The translations under genes were made by a program, and so were the position numbers. A stretch of 63,325 nt of DNA, filler included, from Dimorphilus gyrociliatus (Eukaryota > Animalia > Annelida), in NCBI GenBank assembly GCA_904063045.1. It is 3 parts of 3 records of this genome, joined end to end, with 100 filler letters (N's around TTAATTAATTAA, not from the genome) between each part and the next. Parts side by side here need not be neighbours in the genome. Positions count along the whole stretch, not along the records: positions 1 to 26,804 come from CAJFCJ010000116.1; 2 more parts are not named here. One strand, given 5' to 3'. The notes beneath the pieces are model-generated. The model was not told where the DNA came from. It worked only from the letters and a program-made list of their open reading frames with translations, and searched no databases. Positions 1 through 12,620 of this stretch are shown here, in pieces; the stretch's first letter is position 1; each line of letters starts with the position of its first letter.

Positions 1-2065
1 GATTAATTGCAATTGATTCAAAACCATTTTTGTATTCCTTTAGGTGATTATGAAAAGTGATAGCTTCCTTTCTTTCCCTTAGAATTGAAGTACCAAGTTC
101 TTTAAGAAAACCTTTAAAAAGACATTTATATGGAAATGCTCTATCATATAAAATGTTGTTCATTCTGAACAATGCATTCAAAATGATTTCAATTGTTCTA
201 CCAATTTCAACAAAACTAGTAGTTTCATTTACTACTTGAGATTGCAGAAGTTTTTGCTGAGCAAATAAATCAGTAAAGTATGATGTGCACAATTTTCTGT
301 AAGGAAGGCTTCCATTTGTGATGAACTGCATTCCAAACAATCTTTCTATTTCTCTTCTGTATATTTCTTTAAACTCAGTGAGAATTTTGGAATAATCTAA
401 AAATAACTTTGCTCTTTCAAGAACAAAAATCCAAAATTGTCTAAAATTTGTACTAAATTGATTAAAAATGCTATAGCGAAAGTATTTCATAAATTTAATG
501 CAAATCGACGAATTCTTTTCCATATATGTTATCACTGATATGCATTCATTCATACTATTAACTATTTCACTTTTTCCATCAAAAGCAACTCCAAAAAGAT
601 AAGCCTTGAACAATTCTTTTTGTTTAAACATTCGAGTATAAAGCTCGAATAACTTCTCCATCTCCTTCGTTGATAAAAGACTTTTAAACTTATCACAAAT
701 TTTTTCACTTAGATCTAAATATTTCAAAACATTTTTAGAGAATTTATAGAAAATTGATTCATCTCTTCCAATCCATTTTAGTGATTGATTGTAAGCTTTC
801 ATGAATGGACTCATTTTTAAAAAAAATTCATTAAGCACTTTGTAATTTAAATCTAATTTATTTTTAAAATACTTTTCCCCAAATTCCAAAACGTTTAAAT
901 ATTCTGAATTTAATGCTTTCTTCTTATCTTCGTTTCCAATTAATATTGTCTCAGTCGAAAACATCGATAACGCTGAGAATGATATACTTGGTTCAAAACG
1001 AATTTGTCTACATGGAACAGTGCAGGAACAATCTAATTTATCTTTTTTTATTCTTTCCAATGTTGTTTTTATGCATTCGTAGTTTTCCCAAAACGAACAC
1101 TGTCTCATGCTTTGAAACGATTCATCTGTTAGAATTGACTTTGCTTCAAATGGAATGCAGTTGCATATTTGTGAAACTCTTTTCAGCCTACAGTGATCTA
1201 TACATTCAGCATGCGAGTTGTACTTTGATTGCGTACATTTCCCAAATGGCTTACCCAAACTCTGCGTTTCAGTCCGTTTTATTCCAATTAGGGTATGCAT
1301 TCCAGCTGCCACTGCAAAACCCAAATCAGACATTAACGGTCTCTTGTGGTCGTTATGCAAGAAAATCCTAACACCAACATTGTTATCTGGCCCAGGCATG
1401 TATTGATATTGCTCAATGTTTAGTAAAAGAGAAAGAGCACTGTTCATTCCAGATTCCGAAACAGTCAAAGGTTGTGTTTGTTGAAGCGAAGAAGGAGAGT
1501 TGAATGTAAAACAGATTCCATAATCGGTTATGGTTTGTGTAAAGTGTTTTGGAAGACATTGGCGACCCGACCAATGACAATTGAATATAAAATTAGATTG
1601 TTTATGACCTGTGTAGTTGTAAATCCACTCAACGTCGTCAGTTAAGTTGTTAGGCAAATATTGTCGGAAAGAATTGTTTGCAGTCATCTTTTTGGAATAG
1701 ACGCTGCTTAAATATTTATATAAACCCAATTCTATTGTCTGCTTCATTCTGTGCATTTTTGAAACATTTAAAGAAAGCAATTGATTAACTATGGAGAAGA
1801 TAAATTACCTGAATTTATTTTGGTTACAGATGGTCACTGATGGAAATTCGAGAAGATTAGGATAGATCATCTCAATGTTAACAGCCACTTCCCTCTTTCT
1901 AAAGTCATATTGCCTGGAATACACCTGATAGGAAAAGAGAGAAATTGCTCCCAAGACAATGATGGTCCAAATAAGACGTCGAAAAAGTGAGTAGTTTTTA
2001 TCAAAGATATTTTTTATTCCATGAAATGTTGTTTCATTGGAGAAATTGGACCAGGTGACCGCCAT
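1..2065 (-). CDS. DEG/ENaC (amiloride-sensitive/ASIC-like) channel, paralog 1; 3' part runs off the window
   Basis: Exon 2065-1809 encodes the HG motif (NETTFHG), TM1 and FPSVTICNQNKF. A 60-nt GT-AG intron spans 1808-1749. Exon 1748 to <1 appears to read open to the window edge (YGICFTFN, Cys-rich thumb, CSCTVPC, then a long helical insert), which explains why the ORF track does not list it. Confidence 0.9.
1101..1854. repeat. ~754-bp near-identical direct repeat shared with 5045-5798 (offset 3944), including an intron
   Basis: Direct comparison shows only a handful of substitutions (e.g. PGPD vs PDPD, PNN vs PDN codons). The flanking coding sequence of the two channels is clearly diverged. 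Confidence 0.95.
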
Positions 2066-3160
2066 CTTTATTTCTCCTTAGCTGGATATTTCATAGAGAA
2101 TGTCTGATGAATGAGAAGGTATTTTATTAGTAATGTATGTTGTCGACATTGTTACCTTTGCATATGCTGTTTTATATGAGGGAATATAGACAGATGATCA
2201 AGCATGAATAATTTTTTATATGGCAAGTAGTTTTTTTATTATTAATAAAATAACTGGGTTTGTGAACATGTTGCATATTTCAAGAACACACCAATTTCAG
2301 TTTGTTGAATATTTGAGGACTAATAATTCATATGGAGAGACAATTTTTCTGAATTAACATTAACAACTAATCAATTGTAATCTATAATTTATAAATATGC
2401 GATGATATAGTTAGTATTATGACTTTTTTATGCCATCGATGAGGAATGCGATAACTGACTGTATTTAACAAGCACATATATTGTTTTAAAGTTTTTAGGT
2501 TTTTTTGGCGTGATACTTAGAAATGCTATAGAGAAAAGACAAGAGCTATATGCTAATGAGTAGTAAAGGTGTAGGAGGGAAATAATATGGGTAGTGAGAA
2601 AAATGTAAAATAATTGTGATGTTTAGAAGATATCCTTTCCGATGGCTTCTTCATAATAGGATAAAATCTAGAGTCAGTATAAATAATTATATCGGTGAGA
2701 GAGTTTTAAAGAAAATGAATAATTGTTTATCTGTAAAGAATCCAGCTGTAGAACTATTGTCCAGTTATTCAGATTGATAAAGTCTTGTCACTTGAGAGAT
2801 AATTAGCGAAGGCAATTTTAGAAAGTTGTAGTAAGGTAAAAGATGCACCAGAAAATGTTATGACTTTGTATAGTTTTTAGTCTAATTCATAAATCATTTA
2901 TTTACTGCATTGGACTATTTACATTCCTACTAATCTCAATCCAGCTGTATAAGCTTCTTTTATTTGATCAATTAAAGATTAGTGAGAATGAAAGCATGAA
3001 GTAAAGATAATGATGGAATTAGGATTTTTTTTATAAACTATATAGCCGCACTTTCTCTTGCATCTAGTTTTAATTCTTTCACGGATTTCTTACGTTTGTT
3101 GGATAAAGTTTGCATTGACTATAGAAAAGATTAAAGATGAATATAAGAGATTTGTATAAT

Positions 3161-6036
3161 TTATAAAGAATGGAATACCTTGTAGACAAAAAAGTCAATA
3201 AATTCAATAACTGTTACAAGAGATGCTCCCAAAACTAATCCCATAAATCCACCAACTTCAGACAGAAATGACAAAAAGCTAAATTTTTCTTGTTGAATAA
3301 TCTTCAAGTAGCTTATATCTTTATAGAAAATATCAACTTTTACAAAATTCTTTCTATTGATAAAAAAAATAAATCAGTAATAAAAATGAAAAATATAAAA
3401 AAGAAAAACATTTTTTACAGGAAAAAATCTTTATCTATTTTTGAAATTCTATCAAATTCTTTCATAAATATGCTCAAATCATTAAAAGCCTCGAAAATAT
3501 TACTAGAATAATAATCAGAACTATTTTGAAATTTGAATAAGGCGTTTTCAACAACTTTTCCAGTTTTTAATAGGCAGCTATTAAAACTAATGGGAAATTT
3601 ATTGTTCAGAATATTCTTTGAACAATTAAATTTGATATGAAAAGCATCCCAAAACGAATAATTTATTCTTTTATCTAAGCTATAATCTATTTTTGGAAAT
3701 GGCCATTTCGATACTTTATATATTGATAGCAAATCATTTTCGATTGTCCTGATATCTTCAATAGAAATTTGAAATTGCTTGAAAGCATTTGCAGTATTTT
3801 TATGAAAATTTGTGAAATTTTTAATTTCGTCAGAGAAATCATCTGTCAAAAACAGACGAACCAAATTATTCTTATTATTTGATATTGAATATTTATTATT
3901 TAAATATGATTGTATTTGTTGAAGTTTTTTTAATAGATTCTCGTAAACTGGTAAAATTGACTTCAAATTCTTGTCAAATTCAAAAAAATTATTGTAAAAA
4001 TTTTTGTAAAACTTCTTAATATTCAAGACACTAGAATTTAATGTTGTAACAGTTTCTTTAAAAAAACATGAGGATTCCAATTTTTGATTTTCAAAGATTT
4101 TATCAATTTCAAAAATTACAGTCAGAAGTATCTGAATTTCATTATTAATTTCAGGAAAACTGCTATTATGATTGATAGGTGGACATTGCAGCAAGTTTAG
4201 CTGACTTAATATGTCTGTAAAGGATTGTTTGCAAAGTTGATTAAATGGTACCAACGTTGTATTGGATATTTTCAATCCATAAATATTTTCTATCTCCCGT
4301 ATATACATATCAATAAAATTGTCAAATTTGTTTGAATTACCCAAAAGTAGTTTTGCATTTTCAGTAGCGGAAATCCAAAATTCTGTAAAGTTTTTGTTAA
4401 CAAAATTGAAAATGCTAAATTGAAAATAATCCATGAATTTATTACAAATACTAGATTTCAAATTCCCTTCATTGAACAATGACAAACAATCTTTCATGTT
4501 CTTAAATAAATAGTTTCTTTGCACTTGAATTGGCCCAAAAAGATTATTTTTCAATAACGTGTTTTTATTAATCATTTCAGAGAAAAGCACCAACATCTCT
4601 TCCATCCTCTTAGAATATAACACATTTATTAATTTATTTATCTTTTTTTCCAATATATCTATAGATGCTAAATATAGCTTTTTAAAGTCAACACCAATCC
4701 AATCTCCTATTTCTACGCCCTTAAAAGTATTAATAAACTCTTTTAACATTGGAATCATTTTATTAATAAAATCATTCATTAATTTTGAATTTAAATTGCT
4801 TCTACTTGGAAGGTTCTTTTCCCCAATTTCCAAGATATTTAAATATTCCCATTGCAGTAATTGCTTTCCTTTCAAATTAGCACTTAGTATCTTATCAACA
4901 GTAAACTGGGAAATAGATGAAAATGATAGACTTGGTGCAAACGTAATCTCTTTACAGGGAAAAGAACAAGCACAGTCCATTTTATCCTTTTTAATTTTTT
5001 CCCATGTTGTCCTAACACATCCATAATTTTCCCAAAGAAAACATTGTCTCATGCTTTGAAACGATTCATCTGTTAGAATTGACTTTGCTTCAAATGGAAT
5101 GCAGTTGCATATTTGTGAAACTCTTTTCAGCCTACAGTGATCTATACATTCAGCATGCGAGTTGTACTTTGATTGCGTACATTTCCCAAATGGCTTACCC
5201 AAACTCTGCGTTTCAGTCCGTTTTATTCCAATTAGGGTATGCATTCCAGCTGCCACTGCAAAACCCAAATCAGACATTAACGGTCTCTTGTGGTCGTTAT
5301 GCAAGAAAATCCTAACACCAACATTGTTATCAGGATCAGGCATGTATTGATATTGCTCAATATTTAGTAAAAGAGAAAGAGCACTGTTCATTCCAGATTC
5401 CGAAACAGTCAAAGGTTGTGTTTGTTGAAGCGAAGAAGGAGAGTTGAATGTAAAACAGATTCCATAATCGGTTATGGTTTGTGTAAAGTGTTTTGGAAGA
5501 CATTGGCGACCCGACCAATGACAATTGAATATAAAATTAGATTGTTTATGACCTGTGTAGTTGTAAATCCACTCAACGTCGTCGGTTAAGTTGTCAGGCA
5601 AATATTGTCGGAAAGAATTGTTTGCAGTCATCTTTTTGGAATAGACGCTGCTTAAATATTTATATAAACCCAATTCTATTGTCTGCTTCATTCTGTGCAT
5701 TTTTGAAACATTTAAAGAAAGCAATTGATTAACTATGGAGAAGATAAATTACCTGAATTTATTTTGGTTACAGATGGTCACTGATGGAAATTCGAGAAAC
5801 TTTGGATAGATTACGTTTACATTAGCTATAGTGTCTCTTTTCTTATAATCATTATGTCTTTTAAGAGTTTGATAAAAGAAAAAAACAATTGCTCCAGAGA
5901 TAAAAATTATCCAAAGAATTCGTCTAAAAGTTGAATTATTATTATCAAAGATATTTTTTATTCCGTGAAATGTTGTTTCGCTTGAGAATTTCGTCCAAGA
6001 TTTGTTAGTTTCTGATAAAGATGTGTTGCTCTCCAT
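3161..6036 (-). CDS. DEG/ENaC channel, paralog 2, complete, with ~500-aa extracellular insertion
   Basis: Exons 6036-5753, 5692-3419 and 3353-3161 are joined by GT-AG introns of 60 and 65 nt that keep frame. Motifs: SETTFHG, FPSVTICNQN, YGICFTFNS, Cys-rich thumb. The last exon reads KNFVKVDIFYKD...FLSEVGGFMGLVLGASLVTVIEF (TM2 with GAS filter) to a TAA at 3161-3163. Confidence 0.93.
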
Positions 6037-6387
6037 TTTTATATGTAACACTTTGATATACTTACTTATAAATGTGTGTAAATGGTTTGTTCAAGTCATA
6101 TGCATTCATAGCAGACATGTGAATGGTTGAATGCTTTAGAAGTGTTAATTATTTAATGATGTATAATTTTGGTGTAGCGTGGTTATCGATTTGTAGCAGT
6201 AATTTTGCTTGGTTTCTAAGGGATATTTCTGTTATAGTTTTTTTATTTGAATAGCCTTGATGTTAACAAGATAGATTGCATTACTCAATATTAATGACAA
6301 GTTATTTTGAACAGGAATAGATGGAAATATTTCAGCTTATTACTCATCAATTAAAATTATTTTATTTTTGCATTTAATATTTATTGA

Positions 6388-7878
6388 TTATAATTTTAAA
6401 AATGTAATAAAACTGTACGAATTATCTCTAATCTTCAAACATTCTTGTTTACTTAAATTACAAGATTTGAAATTGATACACCAAAGAGTTTTTGACAATT
6501 TAGCAAGTGTTTTATAAACATCAACCATTTCTCTTCCTATATCTCCGTTATTGGCTAGATTGATTTTACCTATGTTTGAACAACTATTCAATAGATTTTC
6601 TATACTCTTCCATTGTTCTCTATTCAAATTACAGCTGTCAAAATTAATATCTTTTAAAGTTGTTGATGAGCTATGAAGTCCTTCACAAATGTATTCAAAA
6701 CCATTTCCGATATTTTTACAGTGTGCTATATTGACTGTTTCTATATTGGAACAATTTTTTAACAGATTTCCTAACCGTCTAGATTGTTGGGCGTTTAAAT
6801 TACAATTTTCAAAATTAATATCCTTTAATGTTTTGGAAGAACGAAGGAGTTGTTGATAAATATCGGATAATCCTTGTCCCATCTTCTCATTCCAACCCAT
6901 ATTAATTTTTTCAATTTGAGAACAATTATTAAAAAGTTGAACAATGTTTCTACTTTGTCCCAAGGTCAAATCACAATATGAGACATTAATATCCTTTAAA
7001 GTAGCTGAGGAGTTGACGAGTCCTTGACAAATATCTGAGAATGCGTATCCCATAGTCTTATTCCAACCAATATTTATTGTATCTATTCTGGAACATTTTC
7101 CTAAGAGATATCCAATTTTCCTGCAATGTTCTTCGTTTAAATCGCAATTTTCCAATTGTATTTCCTTTAAAGTGCTGCTCGAATGAGTTAATTGTTTACA
7201 AATGTTAAATAATCCGCTACCCATCATATGATTCCATGTTAGATTTATTGCTTCAATTAGATAAGAATTACGTAATAAATTTCCAATCTTTTTACTCTGT
7301 TTTTCATTTAAATTACAATGGTTAAGATTAATGATTATGAGCTGATTATCTGATTGTTGAAGAGTTGTATCAAGTAATTTTAGCTGTTCATCTTGTATCT
7401 GCCTCTCAGATAAGTCAATTAGTTTCTTTTCTTTTTGAACATCTGTCTGAGATATTTTTCTATTCCTATCCTCTTCTTTATCTTTTTTTTCGTCCAGTTT
7501 AAACATTGGAAGAACTGTACAATCCGCATGAAGTTCTTTCCAGCATAAGACGCATATATTTTTTATTTGGTGCGTTTCGCAATAAAGAGACGACTCCTTT
7601 TTATGTTGATGACAAAAGCTATTGTTTATTGATAGTTTTTCAATTGAGCTCTCTAACCGATTTTTTGGTAGATTAGTAACTTGACCTTGAGGGAGAGTAC
7701 AATTTTGCCTACATTCTGGACAGGTAATTTGAAAATTTTCATTTGGTAATTTATTCAAACATTCAAAACAAAAAGTATGTTGACAAGGCAATACTTTGGG
7801 ATTATTTTCAATCCAAGATTCTAGGCAAATAGCGCATATTAATTGTTCATCACTGATAAAGTATCCACAGGTAGCCAT
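6388..7878 (-). CDS. RING / B-box / short linker / RI-type LRR protein (TRIM-LRR A), intronless, 496 aa
   Basis: C3HC4 RING CAIC...PCQHTFCFEC...CPEC. B-box CHQH...CETH...CVLC...HADC. About 11 LRRs alternating LKDINFxxCxL (28 aa) and IExINxxWNxxMGxGL (29 aa). Confidence 0.9.
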   Translation of the reverse strand: MATCGYFISDEQLICAICLESWIENNPKVLPCQHTFCFECLNKLPNENFQITCPECRQNCTLPQGQVTNLPKNRLESSIEKLSINNSFCHQHKKESSLYCETHQIKNICVLCWKELHADCTVLPMFKLDEKKDKEEDRNRKISQTDVQKEKKLIDLSERQIQDEQLKLLDTTLQQSDNQLIIINLNHCNLNEKQSKKIGNLLRNSYLIEAINLTWNHMMGSGLFNICKQLTHSSSTLKEIQLENCDLNEEHCRKIGYLLGKCSRIDTINIGWNKTMGYAFSDICQGLVNSSATLKDINVSYCDLTLGQSRNIVQLFNNCSQIEKINMGWNEKMGQGLSDIYQQLLRSSKTLKDINFENCNLNAQQSRRLGNLLKNCSNIETVNIAHCKNIGNGFEYICEGLHSSSTTLKDINFDSCNLNREQWKSIENLLNSCSNIGKINLANNGDIGREMVDVYKTLAKLSKTLWCINFKSCNLSKQECLKIRDNSYSFITFLKL

Positions 7879-8254
7879 TTTGAAAAGATCTCTTTCTTCA
7901 CCTGTAGCTATGTCTTTGATACTGAAATGTTAACTAGTGTATATCATAATTCTTATCAGATAAGATGTACTTTAGATGTTCAATGCCATTGTAAGCCATG
8001 CTAATTTTAAAATATAAGATGCCAACGTTTTCAATCGATCGAGCCAAGTTTGTATTTTATCATGAGAAAGTTGTGGGTAGAGGACGGATCAAATACAATC
8101 TAATTAGTATATTCTACTTGATAGAAATGTAGAGGTAGGCGAGTACAGAACAATACGTTTGAGAACTTCCCTGATCTCTGCCAATTAATATATTATTAGG
8201 GTGGGAGTGATGTATCCTGCGTTAATGTAGTATAAGAGTCATATCTAGCCTTAA

Positions 8255-8400
8255 AATTGTAGGAATTTCTGCTTCTTCACAACAGAAATCATCCTTTTCA
8301 TTCATTTACCATTTTGCCAAAGTACCGGTCTAAATAGAACCTCAAGTTCGTCCACAAAAATACCAACCTTTAGAATGAATTTAGTATTAAATATTATTCT
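8255..8400 (-). repeat. Degenerate copy of the interspersed repeat found at 29175-30110
   Basis: The reverse complement reads TTTGTGGACGAACTTGAGGTTCTATTT...GTACTTTGGCAAAATGGTAAATGAATGAAAAGGA...GCAGAAATTCCTACAATT, collinear with 29983-30085. Confidence 0.7.
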
Positions 8401-9137
8401 AACTCCTACGAAATAAAGGTCTTCGCAAAGTTCTATCATATCTAAAGTCTAAATATCACTATGTCATTATTTCTAAGTATACAATTGTAAAGAAATGTAA
8501 AGAAATAATGTTAGCATAATTACATGTTACATGATAACATGATATTATAATTAAAATATGACTCAGGTATGGAAAGTACAACTTTTCATAAACAATGTAA
8601 TTAACATCCCTTCTAAAAGAATATGATACTGAGATGTGGGAAAATTAGAAAACCCTTTTTGCACATATGGAACTATTTAAGATTTAATGATCATATGATT
8701 CTCTTAATTTGAAGTGTAACAAGGTGTTTGATAAATGTAATTTGAATTATTTTTATAAATGAAAGACGTTACTTTATCCAGAACGAAAACAATAACAAGT
8801 GTATGAAGCGTCTGAAAAGTTCGACATTCGCCTTTTCAAACTTATTTGTTTCTTTACTATTTGAATAGTGTTTCACTTGTCATAGACCAACATTCTACTT
8901 CCTTTGATCTATAAATAAATATGTACTAATAATTTTTAAATATCAATATATCGTTATTTCAAAGTATATATTTTGCTAATTGGAATGTTTTAGGCCTGCG
9001 AGTGGGCGTTTAATAGAGTATGTCTATCATTTTTAGCTCATAGAAGAGATACGTATCATTCTAAAAACAGGGCTTTTATGACCGGATAATGAAAAGCTGG
9101 CCATTTATTAGAGAGTTGAGTATGATAATTATAGTCA

Positions 9138-10154
9138 ATGATGGATAGAATGATAAACTTCATACCATATTTTGTTTTCGATGGGAAAACTATGAATAAA
9201 AGCGAAGAAATCTTATTTTCCGATTATGTACAAATGTTTAATACTTTTTTCAAAATGAAATATAATATCTTCTTTATTATTATATCAATTTTCTATGCTT
9301 TAGTTGTTATCTATGGAATAATTGGAAATATTCTTATAATTATAATATTCGCAAAAGGTAAATATTATAAATCTACTCAATATGGATTCTTTCTTCAATA
9401 TCTCGCCTGGATGGACCTATTTTCGTGTATTTTCTCAGTACCATTAATTTATCATAGAGATATTCAAATACTCTTTTTACCAATAACAAATCAAGTTATT
9501 TGCAGTGTTTCAATAAGTTTACAAGATATTTTTCCATGGAATTCCATAACGATTCTCCTTCTAATTTCCGTTGAAAGATTTTTTGTAATTGTTAAACCAT
9601 TCACAAAAATCAGTAAAAGAACATGGAGGTCAATATGTTTATTCTATTTTATGATTATATTCACAACCTCTATTCTACATTCCATTCGTAATGACTCTAC
9701 TCAAGAAAAAAACTACCTGTGCTATCCAACAAGTGGCAGTAGTGGCAGTAGTATTACTGGTAAAATTGTTATGGTTGTAGCAGTATTTATGGCTATTGGT
9801 GTGCCAATAATTTCAACTGCATTGTATATTGTTATGTTTTATTATTTGAAAAAGCAAATGTCTACAATACGATACGTTTCATCAGTAGCAAATTCACAGT
9901 CTTGTCAGAAAAATAAAGGAATTAAACCTAATAGAAACATTGTTAGACAAATGTTTCTTTGTTTTTATCTTGTTGTTATTTTTATTGTTTTCACCTTTCC
10001 ACAAATCATTTCCGCTTCCGGAATAATTAAAGTTAACGAATCTATTTATTATCATATAATTTATTTAAATAATGTTATAAATTTTGGTGTTTATTGCATT
10101 AAATTAAAGTCTTTTAGAAACGATGTTAAATCTTTATTACGAAAAAATAAATAG
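9138..10154 (+). CDS. Intronless class A (rhodopsin-like) orphan GPCR
   Basis: Seven hydrophobic segments with GN (TM1), LAWMD (TM2), ISVERF (DRY-like), FTFP (TM6) and NNVINFGVY (NPxxY-like). The true start may be a downstream Met. Confidence 0.88.
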   Translation: MMDRMINFIPYFVFDGKTMNKSEEILFSDYVQMFNTFFKMKYNIFFIIISIFYALVVIYGIIGNILIIIIFAKGKYYKSTQYGFFLQYLAWMDLFSCIFSVPLIYHRDIQILFLPITNQVICSVSISLQDIFPWNSITILLLISVERFFVIVKPFTKISKRTWRSICLFYFMIIFTTSILHSIRNDSTQEKNYLCYPTSGSSGSSITGKIVMVVAVFMAIGVPIISTALYIVMFYYLKKQMSTIRYVSSVANSQSCQKNKGIKPNRNIVRQMFLCFYLVVIFIVFTFPQIISASGIIKVNESIYYHIIYLNNVINFGVYCIKLKSFRNDVKSLLRKNK

Positions 10155-10279
10155 TCCAAATTTCCCTATTTGGACTATTCTTTAACTAAAATATCACTGT
10201 GCAGTACGTTGTGCCATTGCTAAAACTACAAATGATGTATAACTAGTGCCACCTGTCGTATAAATAATCAGTTGCAATT

Positions 10280-12620
10280 TTAAAGACAAAGAAAAGTTGG
10301 CGGATTACAGTGCATTGGTGTTGTTAAAACTTGTCCAATAAAGTAACTTTCATTAGCCGGTTTAATAAAAAGAGAAGAAAGCGCAGTCAAATTCGATATA
10401 CAGCAAACTTTTTCAATAAAACTATAAGAGAATATTAAACAATATTTTTCATTATTACAAATATTAAAACAATCTTTTATAGATTGTTCTATTTTCCTCA
10501 TTTGACACGAAATATCTAAAGTAAATGTTGAATTCTGTATAATTCTAGTTTGCAATTGGCAACTGGAATTCTTTCTAACGTCCTTCTTTATGTTTATAGA
10601 ATAACCCCAAACTTTTATTTCGCAAATTTGTATAGAGTTCAACGAATTTGATTCAATAGATAGCTGATTACCATTTAGACGTCTCTCGCAATTTATTTCA
10701 ATAAAGTAACGATTCTTTTCTGATGTTGCTTGAAAACTTTTGCACAGCTGCCTATTTTCGCTCTGAGTTTTATTTTGAACGAATACTTTAAGTAGTAAAT
10801 CTGTTTTGAATAGATAAATTGATTATAACTGTTGATACTCGCCAGAATATTCATCATGAGATTGTTGAATAACTATTTGTTCAACTGTAAAATCACCATC
10901 AAAAGTGATTATTAAATGTTTAGCATGACTTAGAAGTGTACATGAACTTTCTTTTGATAATTTTGTAACATTGTTAAAATTACCATCAATAGCTTTAACC
11001 GTTTGATTAAAATATGCTTTATTATCTTCATTAGAGAAGGCTTCAATTAGAGGTATATTAATAGGATTAATTTTATCGACACTAACGTCATCTTCTTGAT
11101 TTTCAGGTATAGAACCAAACACATTTTGCTGGCATCAATTTGATTATATTCAATAGAATTTTGTAAGAGAACGTATCTGCCAAGGTTATATTTAATCGAA
11201 CAGTTCCATATTAATAATTCCCCGGCACGGTTCATATCAATATCTGTAATATTCTCACAGTCTGTCGTCCTAATCAAGAATTCTTTGGTCAAATTCTCTC
11301 TTCTTTTAGCAAATTGAAAATTGATATAATATCTTTCAATCTGCCACTCTTTATAAATTGAAAGAAAAAAAGAACAAAATGATGATTATCATATTTATCT
11401 AAATATTTATTTATTATTTATACCTTGTTTCTTGGGTATTGAAAGAATACCAACATTTTTAATATTATAAACACGAAATAGGTCAATTGCTATCCAATTT
11501 ATTATATTTATCTGTTTCTGCAAAATGTTTCCCACTAAATCCATCAGTTGCAAAGTATGGAGAATAATATTGATCTTTATTTTTCATTGTCGATGACCAT
11601 GCAGGTTTACCTCGGGCAATATTTGAAAATTTTTCATCTACATAAATAGTATATTAATTTAAGTTAGAATTTATGCAAAAGTAATAATGATTAATTACCA
11701 GTTTTGTCGCTATGAAATAAACCCCAAACTTTTACTTTACCAAATTTTGTATATTTTGTTAAATTTAAAATAATAAATTGAGCTAGAAAGTGTTGATTGC
11801 ATGGCATAAAGAGGTATTCGCTGTAAATCCTTTGTTCATGAAATGATGTACATAGCTCTTTTATAATATTTCCTTCGTTAGGGAAGAGAACATTTTGAGT
11901 TGAAAGGTAAATGTCTAAACCAGAAGTGGTAATGTTAAATAAATCTACACCATAAATAAGATAAATTCCTTGGATATCCAATATGAATTTTGGTAAAATG
12001 TCATAAAACCATGGCTGGAACAGCACATTTGTATCATACTCTTGTACAGAATAACCCGGGTAATTAAAACTGCTAACTGAAGAAGAAAATGCCTCTGCTT
12101 GAAGAGCTAAATCGCCTGTATAAATTGTTTAGAATTATAAATATTAAGAGAATTCTGGTATCATGTGACCAATAAAATTAATTATTCAAAATACTAACTG
12201 GTAAATATTTCAATTTCGCATATTGTTATTTCTGAAGTAGATGTTGAACTAAAGTAGACAAATCGACCAGTACTTGTACTTGCCTACATTATATTTTCCG
12301 GCTGACTGAACACCATAGCATAAATTTCTATAATATCTTGATTTTTCCCTTGAATCTGGTTGAGTAAAATGCACTGCATTTCCGGAAATTTTAATCATTT
12401 TCTGTATTATCTCATCTTCTTGATTCAATCCTTTCCAACCATCATAATTTTCTGTAAGCGCGAAACCCGACATTGAACACTTGGTATTCGTTCTCCAAAG
12501 TATCTCTAAGTTACTTAAGTCACTTGTTAATTTTTTGTGGGATTGTAGTTTAACTTCTATCACATGACCTAAGATTTGAAGAGAAAGAAGAATACCATAA
12601 AGGATAAAAGTCTTGGCCAT
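10280..12620 (-). pseudogene. Secreted multi F-type-lectin/F5-8C-like domain protein with C-terminal PAN/apple domain, frameshifted
   Basis: Signal peptide MAKTFILYGILLSL. Domain motifs NIARGKPAWSS...ATDG...WIAIDL, GRYVLLQ, IQICEIKVWG and GRFVYF...ITICEIE. Terminal C..IC....C..FSY PAN motif. Frame breaks inside domain motifs near 12270, 12205 and 11138. Confidence 0.65.

Noticed and set aside
913-1406. Duplicated plus-strand ORFs (913-1371, 1218-1406, 5079-5315, 5162-5350, 4559-5026)
   Set aside because: Antisense shadows of the ENaC exons; they are duplicated only because of the homogenised tract.
10800-12290. Two possible GC-AG introns (G/GCAAGT near 12284, G/GCGAGT near 10845) in the lectin-like gene
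   Set aside because: At the first site, a conserved domain motif continues past the GC in another frame and a GT donor lies further on, so frameshift decay fits better. The second may be a mutated GT in a pseudogene. Not supportable without cDNA.
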